A stretch of DNA of 63,761 bases, filler included, from Squatina squatina (taxonomy: Eukaryota): the NCBI GenBank assembly GCA_031763465.1. It is 4 parts of 3 records of this genome, joined end to end, with 100 filler letters (N's around TTAATTAATTAA, not from the genome) between each part and the next. Parts side by side here need not be neighbours in the genome. Positions count along the whole stretch, not along the records: positions 1 to 22,441 come from JARFOE010000115.1; 3 more parts are not named here. The stretch is one strand, 5' to 3'. Positions 1-11,485 of this stretch are shown in pieces (position 1 is the first letter of the stretch; every line of letters begins with the position of its first letter). The notes beneath the pieces were generated by a model. It did not search any database, was not told the origin of the DNA, and was given only the letters and a program-made list of their open reading frames with translations. The position numbers and the translations under genes are program-made.

Positions 1-177
1 GCACATTCCCATATTGTATGTGATTTTCTAAACCTTCTGAATTGTGGATCCATTCTGGAGATTTATACATACCATGCCTTGGCTTGTAAGGATGACTTGC
101 ACTAAATGTAGTGAACCTGTGTAAAGAATACATTATGCATGATGTTGCTCATGTGCTTTGTGTTGTCTTGTCCACAG

Positions 178-246
178 GAGACAGACTTGCTGGAAATCAG
201 TCATGTCAAGGATGCTAGGACTGGAAAGTATGCAAGAAATCCCAAG
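178..246 (+). CDS. PLCB1: Phospholipase C beta 1, internal exon (PH domain; equivalent to human exon 3)
   Basis: Polypyrimidine tract-CAG acceptor at 175-177 and GTAGG donor at 247; 69 nt, phase 0-0; ETDLLEISHVKDARTGKYARNPK resembles PLCB1 [23 protein letters not shown]. Confidence 0.9.
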
Positions 247-1265
247 GTAGGCTGTGTGCATCAAAGTTCTAAGAAATTGTGCTCGTTTCCTTCAGTAACC
301 GCCGCAGAAATGTCAAGCAGTTTGTGCCCAGTATTTGCAACAATCATTTGATATCTCAAGAAAACAATAATTGACAAACTTGAGGTGCTTTCTGTCTGTC
401 TCTCTCCCAGAGGCTACAGCATGCGTTGTATGCAATGCATGGGGGGACTGACATTAGTAATCAGCAACAGGCTTGTAAAACCTACACTTGTAGTACTAGC
501 TGCGATTATTGTTTGGCATCTTGTGTTTATAAAATGATGATCATTTCCTGTCGCTGTTGCGGTTGAAGGGAGTCGGCAGAATGTCAAGAGATAAACACCA
601 TAATGCGTGTCAGTCTGATAGTTGTTGCAGCCAAGTGTTGGACTCTGTGAGGCTCGTGACTTCGAATCCCAGCCCTGACTTTACCAAGTGAGGCGGAAAG
701 AGAAAATGGTATAGACCATTAGTGAATGAGATTTGCCCAATTCCTAGTTCGAGCAATAAATGACTGGCATGACAACTGGACTTTTCTTCTGGGGAGGAGA
801 TGGTGAAAGCACACAAGGTAAGCTGATCCCAGTGCAATGCTGTTGGGTGGCCGCTGAAATGTATCTCTTAGGGCCAAGTTTCAGTCCCAACAAAGGCTCG
901 CAATAACATGGTGGGTTTGTGATTCACCAGACATCCTCCTTTGCGCTGGGATTTTTGATCACTGCAGTATGTCACAGTATGTCATACCTTGCACTGTATC
1001 AGATAAATGACAACGATGTAGAGGACCTCGCTGGTCAAAGTGACGGGAACACCAGGAAGAGAAAATAAAAGTGCAAATATGCACAAAAATTCATAATGTG
1101 TATTTCCCTTCCATACTTCAGTCCTTTCTTTTCCTCTTTCCACCTCACTTTCTCCTTCAGTTGGAATGCTTTGGGCCATCGACTCCATGCTTCCCTGGTG
1201 AATTGTGAGCTTCTGCCGGGTAGAACTGGTTCTCCTGACCTAGCATGACACCTCAGCAACAAATA

Positions 1266-2020
1266 ATCATAGAATAGAATCATAGAATGGTTACAACACA
1301 GAAGGAAGCTATTCGGCCTGTCGAGCCAGTGCTGGCTCTCTGCAAGAGCATTTCAGCGAGTCCCACTCCCCTGCCCTTTCCCCGTAGCCCTGCAAAATTT
1401 TTTCCCTTCAGGCACTTGTCCAATTCCCTTTTGAAAGCCATGATTGAATCTGCCTCCACCACCCTTATCAGGCTGTGCATTCCAGATCCTAACCACTCGC
1501 TGTGTAAAAAAGTTTTTCATCATGTCGCCTTTGGTTCTTCTGCCAATCACCCTAAATCTGTCTTCTGGTTCTCGACCCTTCCACCAATCTACTCTCTATC
1601 TACTCTTATGGGCACGGTAGCATTGTGGTTGTGTTACTGGACTAGGAATCAAAGGCCTGGACTAATGAGATGTAGGTTCAAACCCCACCACGGCAGTTGG
1701 GGAATTTAAATTCAGTTAACACAAAAAAATTAGCATCAGTAATGATGACCATGAAACTATTGGATTGTCATAAAAACCCATCTGGTTCACTGTAGGGAAG
1801 GAATCTGCCATCCTTACCTGGTCTGGCTTATGTGACTCCAGACCTACAGCAATGTGGTTGACTCAATCGCCCTCTGCGCCCTCACCACAAGGGTGATTGG
1901 GGATGGGCAATAAATGCCAGCTTTGCCAGCAGTGCCCCCATGAAATAAAAAACTGTCAAAACCCAGCATGATTTTGAACCTCTCTATCAAATCTTCTCAA
2001 CCTTCTGTTCTAAGGAGAAC
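1266..2020 (-). mobile_element. CR1-clade LINE 3' fragment, interrupted by a SINE
   Basis: Minus-strand translation KNFFTQRVVRIWN...AFKRELD is the CR1 ORF2 C-terminus; (TTCTATGA)-type tail at 1266-1290; element resumes at ~1955. Confidence 0.85.
1610..1953 (+). mobile_element. tRNA-derived SINE with CR1-type 3' tail
   Basis: A/B-box-like head (GGCACGGTAGCATTGTGG...GGTTCAAACCCC); 3' end GGGATGGGCAATAAATGCCAGCTTTGCCAGC followed by A-rich tail; related tails at ~24299, 57300-57365 and 63205-63265. Confidence 0.75.
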
Positions 2021-4455
2021 ACCCCCCCCCCCACCCCCGACAATGGGGTTCACTTCTGAAGCAGTCAAGCAAAAACACCCAGTTGTATCACCACCTTTTC
2101 AGAGCAAATAGGGAATAAATGCTGGCCTTGTCACTGATGCACATGCCCAGAGAATGAACTAAAAGCTAATCAGGGACATGACAAACAGGACAGATGGGCT
2201 AGCGGAGTGGGCAGATGCAATTCAATGCAGAGAAATGCGAAGTAATACATTGGGTGGGGTGAAAAGGGAGGAGAGAATAAAAGGTTTTCAGAGTGAAAAT
2301 AGTTTCAAGATTGTTTCCACTGGCTGGCAAATTCATGAGGGCAGGGAATCAGGACTGTCATGAGAAGATATCGTTTACAGCAGTTTACATTGCCCCAAGT
2401 GACTTAAAACAACTGGATAAAATGTTTGAGTATAAAGGTTATAGTTGCCTGGAAATTGGATTTAGAATAGATTGTGCCATTGAAGAATTAGCACCAGGTC
2501 CCTTTCCATGCTGCAATGTTTGTTTTTGTACTGAAGGTGAGATTTGTTAGCATTAGCAATGAGATATATGCAAATGAATAGGAACAGGGACTTAATATAT
2601 ATTCCATATCCTCAAAGGTCAGTGTTACACACCTTTGTGGCCCAAAAAGACAAGCATCTTTTTATTTTAATGCATTAGAATTTGTATTAAACTTCTTCCG
2701 TTGGATTAAGTCAGTCAGTATATTCATTGAAGAAATTATTTTAGAAATTCATCCTCCTAAGCTTCACATGAGAGGGCTGCATATTGGAAATTCAACCATG
2801 GAGGTTAGCGTGACTCGCAGGAGCTATCTCCATTAAAATTAATGAGGGAAGATCCCACCAGGCACATCTGCAGCCAAATTCCTGATATGTGCTCCAGTGT
2901 GCAAGTTCACTAACTCTACCCTATACTTTAAGTTACATTACTTGGGGGGAAGGGCCTTTAATGTCCCCAGACTATACCATTCTGTGTAGCCATTTCTCCC
3001 TGGCGCTATCATGAAAAATAGCAGCTGTGGTCCTTTTATGCTATTAATTAAATATGTAAACACAACACTTATGGACACGGTGTGCAATAATAGAACACCG
3101 TAGCATAGTTTAAAGAAATGTTTTTAGTATCAAAAGTGCTGCCAATAACCATCCATATAAAAGTAGGTCATTTATGTTAAGAACACTGAAAAACATATTG
3201 CGGTGTCCCTGGGTGGGAACGCACATGGGGAGACATCACAAAAGCCGGTTATGGGGCTGTACATCGTAAGCCAGCATAATCGGCATTTGTGATCTGTCCA
3301 GAAACTTCTGGANNNNNNNNNNNNNNNNNNNNNNNNNNNNNNNNNNNNNNNNNNNNNNNNNNNNNNNNNNNNNNNNNNNNNNNNNNNNNNNNNNNNNNNN
3401 NNNNNNNNNNNNCATGGAGAGCCAGAGAGCGAGTTTCGGAGGGATGGGGCACTGGATTCCCCGATCACGTTTTGCTTCGACGAGTTCACTTGATCATTTC
3501 TCGCCTGGCCCGTGCGGCTGTCGGGTTTGCTGATGTGTTTCATGGAGTGATGTCACTTGGTGTTTTGTTCGTTGAAGGTCGCTGTCTTCTCTTGACATAT
3601 CAGAGGCGGTATGTCCCCGTTGAGTTCGATGAGAGGGGAATCGTCGATCCGGGAGCCTTTGGGGACTCGATGTTCAGCATTGATTGTCCTTTTCTTGCCT
3701 GTGGTCATGGAGGCCACCATCTTTGCAGGGTGCTATGCTCCGCCTTCTTGGCGCCTTATTTTGTACGCTTTGGAAGCCACGTGTTTGCTTGGTTTTGGGA
3801 CTCTTGGTTTTGATTATGGATGATGTATAGCACTGGGTGTATTGTTCGGGTGGCCAGATTTGCAGGGTGGGACTGGCCTTCTGTGTGGGCTGATGCCCTC
3901 GCCATCCTGGTGCAGTTGGGGCCAGCCAGAGGGTCTGCGCATGGGTTTCAGTCCCTGCTCGGCCCCGCGTGACCCTCCCCCTTCGGCGGTCTGCACCGCG
4001 CGTGCTCGGGCGCACACCTTGGCACCTGTTGGTCGTCCGCGCCTGCGCCTGTGTGCTGGGATCCTGAGCTACGGGCTGCCATTTGGAACTTTGTTTTTGA
4101 GAAGTCCCAATCAGTGAGTGAGTAAAATCACCGTGTGCTGTGCCACTGAACCACGTAAACCCCCTGGTTGATTCTTCACCTGTGCTGGTGGCTTCGATGC
4201 TCCTGGGCTCGTGTCACGGTTGAGGAATCTTGACCATTTTTCTGCCAAAATGGTATGAATCTGATCTACGTCAAAGTGCTGCGATTTACCGATGTTCAAA
4301 ACCCCACCACGTTTTGATAACAGGGGACCTGTTATCTAGTTGCAGGCGCGTGCAACATTCGCAGCTTGGGGGTCAGGCCATCCTTAGTGAGGTTTGAAGT
4401 AAGGTGGGTGGGGTGGATGGGTGACGGGAAGGTAGAAGCAGATTTATAACAACCG

Positions 4456-4580
4456 TGGCCAGGATTTTCCTCAGAATTGCTTCTGCTCCACTGCCATAAC
4501 TTCATCTACTTCTTTTCTATTGCACTTTCAGTTAAGTTATGGGGGCGGAGTGGCAGCAGCTCCGTGGAGATTCCCGGCCC
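4456..4580. mobile_element. Short palindromic MITE-like element
   Basis: Left GGCCAGGATTTTCC...CTCCACTGCCATAACTT is an imperfect inverted repeat of right AAGTTATGGGGGCGGAG...GGAGATTCCCGGCC. Confidence 0.55.
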
Positions 4581-5901
4581 ATCTAGTATTTTTTGATGCA
4601 CTGATATCAGGACCAAATAATTAATCGGCCTTCTTGTAATGGTTCATTCTCTGTCCCTTTTGTGTATCTGTGGTTCCCTCTTTGTTTAATTGTATATTTG
4701 TGGTTCTTTGTCCATCTGTGTATCCCTGGCTCAATCTGTGCTTCTTTATATATTGGCATTTGGCACATTGAGCTGCACTGAGCAGAAATCAAGCCCACTT
4801 AAGGATTTATTTTGCCTTAGGCACAGAATGAAATTGAGGCATTTACAACCCTTGATACCTTTTTTCCAAATCAAATTTCTTGGTCTATCTCAAGGCACCA
4901 AAGCAAACATTATATGCCAGTTTCAAAGGAGAAAAACATTCTTTGAAATCAGGTAACTAACCTGCTGTTCTGCTCTCACATCTCCTGTTCTCGCTGATCT
5001 TTTGACTTACTGTATTAATTGAATCTCAGATTACATCTCCTGCATTTGTATTGCTGGCTTTACTCCTTTCTTTTCTTTGTTTATCTCTTTCCACTTGTTG
5101 AGATTTATTGGAACTGCAAAATCTAAGGCAGATTAATACGCGGTGACAGTAAAACTGAACTGAACAAAACCAATTTAGATACATTTGAAAAAATGCTATT
5201 ATCCAACACTCCCCTGCTGTATTGATTCATTCTTTTGCGCTGTTTTTATATTTCTACAAGTTCATTGGTTCTTGTTCACTTCATTTCCCCTTCTTGATAG
5301 ATTCTTTCTGATTCATTTAACCTGCATTTTCTGATCATTTTATTCACTGTCCTCTCTCACTGGTACTTCCATTTTCTATTTCCCTCTCTTCCTTCCTCCA
5401 TTAATTGGTTTCTGTTATTTGCTGCTTTCCTCTTCCTGCTCATGGCAACTATTCCATCAGTCAGTCAGAGTTCTCAACCCAAGTGTTCACCCTTGAGTCA
5501 TTTGAGTCTGTCCTCCTTTCGGTCTCTTGGCTCTAAGTAATTGCATTAGGAGCATAGCAACGGCCAGTTTCTGACACTTCTAAACGATTGTTGGAGTCGG
5601 GTGGGACTTTGGCCGTAAGGGCAGGACCAGAGATTACTTGCCACGTTCATCTGCTACATTTTGCACTTGAGAGACTGGAGTATCAGTTGCTATTTTGGTT
5701 TGCAGGGATCTGGAGCTACAGGTGACCATATTGTCTGCAGAAGCAGAAATGAAATTCCACGCACTGGCCTGCAGGATCAGGAATGGGAGATAACAGTTTT
5801 TNNNNNNNNNNNNNNNNNNNNNNNNNNNNNNNNNNNNNNNNNNNNNNNNNNNNNNNNNNNNNNNNNNNNNNNNNNNNNNNNNNNNNNNNNNNNNNNNNNN
5901 N

Positions 5902-6056
5902 TCCTTAAAACCTCTTTGTCCAAGCTTTTGGTAATCTGTCCTAATCTCTCCTTACATAGCTCGGTATCAACTTTTGTTTGATAACACTCCAGAGAAGCAC
6001 CTTGAGACGTTTCACTACATTAAGGGTGCTATATGAATGCAACTTGTTGGTTATTG
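5902..6056 (+). mobile_element. L2-type LINE/SINE 3' end
   Basis: ...AAGCACCTTGAGACGTTTCACTACATTAAGGGTGCTATATGAATGCAACTTGTTG matches the L2-type tails at 20965-21050 and 45783-45850 (opposite strand). Confidence 0.65.
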
Positions 6057-8439
6057 AGACCCAAAGGCAATGCTGCAGAACTGACTCTGAAAGATTCAAT
6101 ATAAGTGTTTCCACATTTGAGATGATTATCAGGATTACGAATAGGCATTGAGAGGGAGAAGGGCAATGCGAAGAAAGAGAAGGGAATGAAAAACAAATGT
6201 GGAAAAAGAATGGAAATCAGAAGAATAAACCAAAAAGAAATTTCCAGAAAACTATTCTGCAGTCTGGAGATTTGTGGCTTACTGGAATACATGCAGATTG
6301 TTCATTTAGGAAATTATATTAAATGTAATTACAGCAAAACAAAATTTATCTGTCATATTTCAATTAACATTTGGTTTTGAAGTAACTTCACTAAGTGATT
6401 TTTGGAATAATTTAAGATAGCCGCAGGTCTCATTTCCTGAAACACAGCTGTGTGAACTGGCCTAATGATTTTCTCTTAAAGGCTTCAATGTGAGTAAAAG
6501 GTCCTTCTATCGCAGCTCGCTTTACTTCTTCAAAATCAAATTCCTGCCTATATTAACTCCCAAAATACTGAATTTCCTCAGTGTTTCTCTCGCTCTGCCG
6601 ATATGACTTTGGTAGAAGTTCGGGGGAAATCCACGTTTGAGGGAGAAAACTTGAGGAAATGCACTTCTGTAGTAATAGAAAGCTGCACCTATGATGATAT
6701 CACACCAGTTTTTATTCACCATTATGAAAGGGAAACATCATTTATTTGTGCCTATTGTGCACAAGTCATATCCTGTGCCTGTGTAGCATTTTAACTTGTG
6801 TTACTAGCATTGAGAAATTAAAACAGTATTCAACAAGTAAAACTTTGTTTCCGACCTATAGCCAGCATTTTTTTAATAGATTTTCTTTTGCGTTCCCAGT
6901 CATTTTCATTCTGTGTTACTTAATCCCAAAAGAATGTTATTTAAGACTTTTCGAGAGGAAGGGGGAAGCCTCAAAAGATTTCAACTCCCCCCATCCCCTT
7001 CCCCCCACCACCACAACATACATACATTTTCAGTTTCTGCCTTTTGAGCTAATTTGTTCANNNNNNNNNNNNNNNNNNNNNNNNNNNNNNNNNNNNNNNN
7101 NNNNNNNNNNNNNNNNNNNNNNNNNNNNNNNNNNNNNNNNNNNNNNNNNNNNNNNNNNNNCAGGATTGGGTTCAGCTGTGGCGCCTCTATCCTGTCAGCC
7201 CTGCAGAGATGTGCTGAAGAGCTGTCTTTGGTACTGCACTCCAGGTTGAGTCACGGCTTCAGTCTTGGCCTCCAGTGATATCAAATGCAGCAGATGACAG
7301 GCAAAGTTCACTTCTGATTTTTATTTTAGAACTCTTTTCTGACAGCTTCAAAAATAGTGTCTTCATACAAACTGCTCGCGTCAAGGCTCCTCGTTCAAAA
7401 CTGCCAAAAGTAACGTTTGAGATTAAAATTGCTGCTGTCTGATTCTATCTTTGACATCACTTCATCGGTTTCTCTCTGAGCAAGAGCAACTGAATCTCTG
7501 AATATGTGCTTGTATAAAGAGACCGTGACTGATAACTCAATCCTTTAAATAATAGACAACACAAGAAATATAAAAATTGCGATTGGAGACTTCCTGCGTG
7601 CGGATGCCTCCAATCGCAAAAAAAGTTACGTACTTACCTGAGGGTCCTGGATCCATGGGAGTTCGCGATCTTCAGCTCCCCCCACCCCCGAGTTGGAGAT
7701 TCGGAACGGGGCTCTCTAGTTTCCCGGGCAAGTTGAGCGAAGAGGCTGGAGNNNNNNNNNNNNNNNNNNNNNNNNNNNNNNNNNNNNNNNNNNNNNNNNN
7801 NNNNNNNNNNNNNNNNNNNNNNNNNNNNNNNNNNNNNNNNNNNNNNNNNNNCTGTCATCTTGTTGGATACTGCAGTTGCCATTGGTAACTGCTTGCACTG
7901 TTGTAAGCTGTTCGCATAATTGCGAACTCTTCATCCTCCCCAGCAGGACACCACTGCCTCTTTAAAGCCTCATCATCACTGTCCAATTATTTACTTGTCA
8001 GTTGGGTAATTTGAAAATTAGCCTACTTTGTACACCAGCCGAGGACCAATATGATTACTGCAAATAATTACAAATACATTTCAATGAAAAATGGCCAGAC
8101 TGATATTTTTAGTTAAATTTAAAAAGAGGCACAGTAGTTTTTATTGCAGATTTCAGTCCTGACCTTCAAAAGGCCTATGAGGTACTGCTGCTTTCAATTA
8201 ATTTCCTTCCTGCATTTGAACGTAATCCTAAATTGCCCTTTTTGTTTCAATTATTGAAAATGTTTCTTTTGTGAACTGAACATGATTAATTAGAACAGTA
8301 TTCTTGTTGTCTTGCTGGAATTAAACTCTAGTATTGAATATCCTTTATCCTCTTCACTTCTGACAAAAGCTGGATCCCAATGTTTGGAGCATGTAGTTAA
8401 TTTGTGTGTTGATTTTTTTTTTGGTGATAAATTAACGCT

Positions 8440-10376
8440 AAATCAGCCGCTGATTTAGGGCGTTAAATTTAGCAGCAGAAAATTCGGGTCCCAAAAAAAG
8501 GCACTAAACGGGCGCAAACCCTGGAAGGCTGGAAACGTTCACTTTAGCGTTAGGTGATCTAGATGACGTCATAACTGGGCGCAATGCCCAAAATGGCCAC
8601 CCGCAGCTGAATTAGTTAAGGCTGGTGACACTTAAAAGTAGTGGTGTCAATGCCCTGTTTTTTGGGTGTTGACATGCTTGATCTAATGATTTCCAGCGCT
8701 ATATAGAGCGCAGGAAGAGGGCTTCAATTGAAAGTTGATTGGGACCTCCCTGATGCTCAAAACAGCTGCTTCTGAGCTTTGCTGCCTCCCTTTAACACAT
8801 TTCCAACTTTTATGGGCATCTGGTGAGATTTTGTGACATTTGAAAAAATCGTCCATTCTCTCCATGGGTGCTGCGCTTGTCGTCGACTGGGAACTCCACC
8901 GACATCACATGAGGTACCTGATAGTCAGAAGACAGGCGGAGAGCCAGGAGGGCACTGGCAAATGAGGCTGGGGTGAGGAAGCGGCACCTCCTGAAGATGA
9001 CCATCCACAAGAACCAGCTGACATGCCACAACCCCCTGCAGGAGTGGGGGCACAGGGCAGACCACTGCATCGTCCTCCTTGTTCCCTGCAAGGCTGGATT
9101 CTCAGAGACAAGGGCTATCCGCAGGAGACATGGCTGATGACACCCTTGAGAAACCCCAACACTTCAGCCAAGGAGGCTCATAACGAAAGCCATGGAAGGA
9201 CCCGAAACCTCATAGACCAAAGCATTGGATTGCTCAAAATGAGGTTCCGATGTCTTGACAGTTCTGGAGGCGCTCTGCAATACTCACTAGATTGGGTCTC
9301 CAAGTTCATAGTCATCTGCTGTATGCTGCACAACCTTGCCATCATGCGCAGTCAGTCACTTCTACAGGACAATGTTGATGAGGAAGAGCTGGAGAATGAG
9401 CTACATTACCAAGACGATGGCGACCAAGACGACTTCTCTACACAGGAGGAAGGGGACCAGGCCCCTCAGTGGCCTCAAGGAGGTTGAGGATGGCCTCTCC
9501 GGCCAAACCCTGCCAATGAGGCGTGGCTGCAACTAAGACACAAGTGATCAACATAGCCTCCCCTGTTACATAACGTTACCTTCACCCCAAATGCCATTTC
9601 ATTCTTTTCAGCTGCTTTTCTGCACTAATCCAATACAAGTGTCATTAAATTGAACAGATATGACACCTTACTTCACACAATTAAAAGTCATTTACATAAC
9701 CAAACACTTATTACCAATAACTAATTTTGTGCACTCTTTTGACCCTTCTGAATTCCCAAATTCAAACTCCTCCCGGTGGGGAGGATGTGGGTTCAGGACA
9801 GCTCGTGGCCGGCTGCTGTGATTCAGTCGAGCTTGCCGCAGAGTACCCAGATTCCTCCGCTATGATCCTCACCACGTCCCTCTTCATCCGCCACAACTCT
9901 GCAACATCTACGTTGTTGCCTTCATCTCTCCTCCTCGCTCATTGCAAAGCTGCCAGACTTGCCTGCCAAATGAAGCAGAAATGCAAAGATTGGGAGACTT
10001 CCCCTTTCTAGTTTCATGTCCTGGATTGGCAGGACGAGTGTGCATGATAATGCTGTGTCACTGCGTCAGCAGCTCTNNNNNNNNNNNNNNNNNNNNNNNN
10101 NNNNNNNNNNNNNNNNNNNNNNNNNNNNNNNNNNNNNNNNNNNNNNNNNNNNNNNNNNNNNNNNNNNNNNNNNNNNGTTATCTCTGAAAGTGAATTGCAG
10201 CATCAAGTAGTGCTGGTGCAAATAAAGCTTTTTGCCTCAGAAGCTCATTAGTCTGTGGTTTGATCTTTAGCAACATTTCCCATTAAACAAGCCCCTTTCT
10301 GCTAGCGTGCTGCACAATGCAACACTAGCATGCTGGTTAGATGTGCTGCACACACATCCACTGCAGAATTCACCCT
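8440..10376 (+). mobile_element. Internally deleted PIF/Harbinger DNA transposon
   Basis: Contains HARBI1-like transposase C-terminus; CpG-rich AAATT-containing subterminal region at ~8440-8690; AATTCACCC-type end at ~10375 beyond a gap; boundaries approximate. Confidence 0.6.
9092..9487 (+). pseudogene. Harbinger (HARBI1-like) DDE transposase, C-terminal fragment
   Basis: [64 protein letters not shown] are the DDE_Tnp_4 motifs, followed by an acidic tail; N-terminal catalytic half is absent. Confidence 0.9.
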
Positions 10377-11069
10377 ATTTAAAAACAGATCATGTTTAGT
10401 GCCTTGTTGCTAGGTAGCTAGCTGGCCAAGTATGGTTACTAGGCACACAATTCATGCTTTGCGCATTTAAATCTAACCCCTGTGAAGTGTACAATTGATT
10501 TCTTCCAAGCAAGCTTTGACTCTTTCTTTGCATGTTTCCATTTTTAGTAGCCAAAGATGTTAATGAGCTCTTTACGAGTGCAACACAGCTTGAAGCAGAG
10601 GCCTTCTACCATGCACTAGTACTGTGGAGAAAGTAATCAACTGTAAACGTGGAAGGGCGTGAGGCTATTAATAGCCAACAAACTTCTCAGCCAATTATAC
10701 ACTGAAGCATAATTTTCACCCACTAGATTTTTTTTAGGAAAAAAATAAAAAACTCTCCACTCCACAATTTAGCACCTGCATTGAATTACCTATTGTAATC
10801 AGTGGAAGCATGAAGAGGTAACACAGTGCTGCCGAAAGTTGGGACTCCAGCCCACGCAGAACAATGTAGTGGAAAAACAGGAGGCACAACCACTGTTCCT
10901 TATATACTGAGTTCACCGTCCGTTCCACGTGGATGTGGGGATAGACTGAATGACAGTCAGGCCACTCCTCATAATAAACAGGAAGCAAGGGAAAATTCAA
11001 GGGAAAGCGATTGTCTCAGGAGCTGGTTGCAGATTGACAGAGGTCCAGGAGCAGGTCCCCCGCGGCCTT

Positions 11070-11485
11070 CTCAGTTCAGGACATCTGCTGTCCCCTCTGT
11101 TCAGGACATCTTCTGCCCTCTCTCCAGGTCATCTTCTGTCCTCTCTGTTCAGGACATCTGCTGTCCTGTCTTCACGACATCTGCTGCCCTCTCTGTTCAG
11201 GACCTCTGCTGCCCTCTCACTTCAGTACAACTGCTGTCCTCTCTGTTCAGGATATCTGCTGTCCTCTCTTCAGCACTTCTGCTGTCCTCTCTGTTCAGGA
11301 TATCTGCTGTCCTCTCTTCAGCACTTCTGCTGTCCTCTCTGTTCAGTACATCTGCTGCCCTCTCTTCAGATCATCTGCTATCCTCTCTGTTCAGTACATC
11401 TGCTGCCCTCTCTCTAGGTCATCTGCTGTCCTCTCTGTTCAGGACATCTGTTGTCCTTTCTCTTCAGGACATCTACTGCCTTCTC
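11070..11485. repeat. Minisatellite of alternating ~25/23-bp units (48-bp dimer)
   Basis: Repeating CAGGACATCTGCTGTCCTCTCT(GT)T; the ORF track shows a 16-aa period (LLSSLFRISAVLSSAL); array runs into a gap. Confidence 0.9.

Noticed and set aside
9023-9487. Host HARBI1 gene
   Set aside because: Lacks the N-terminal half, has altered catalytic motifs and sits in transposon-like flanks within a PLCB1 intron.
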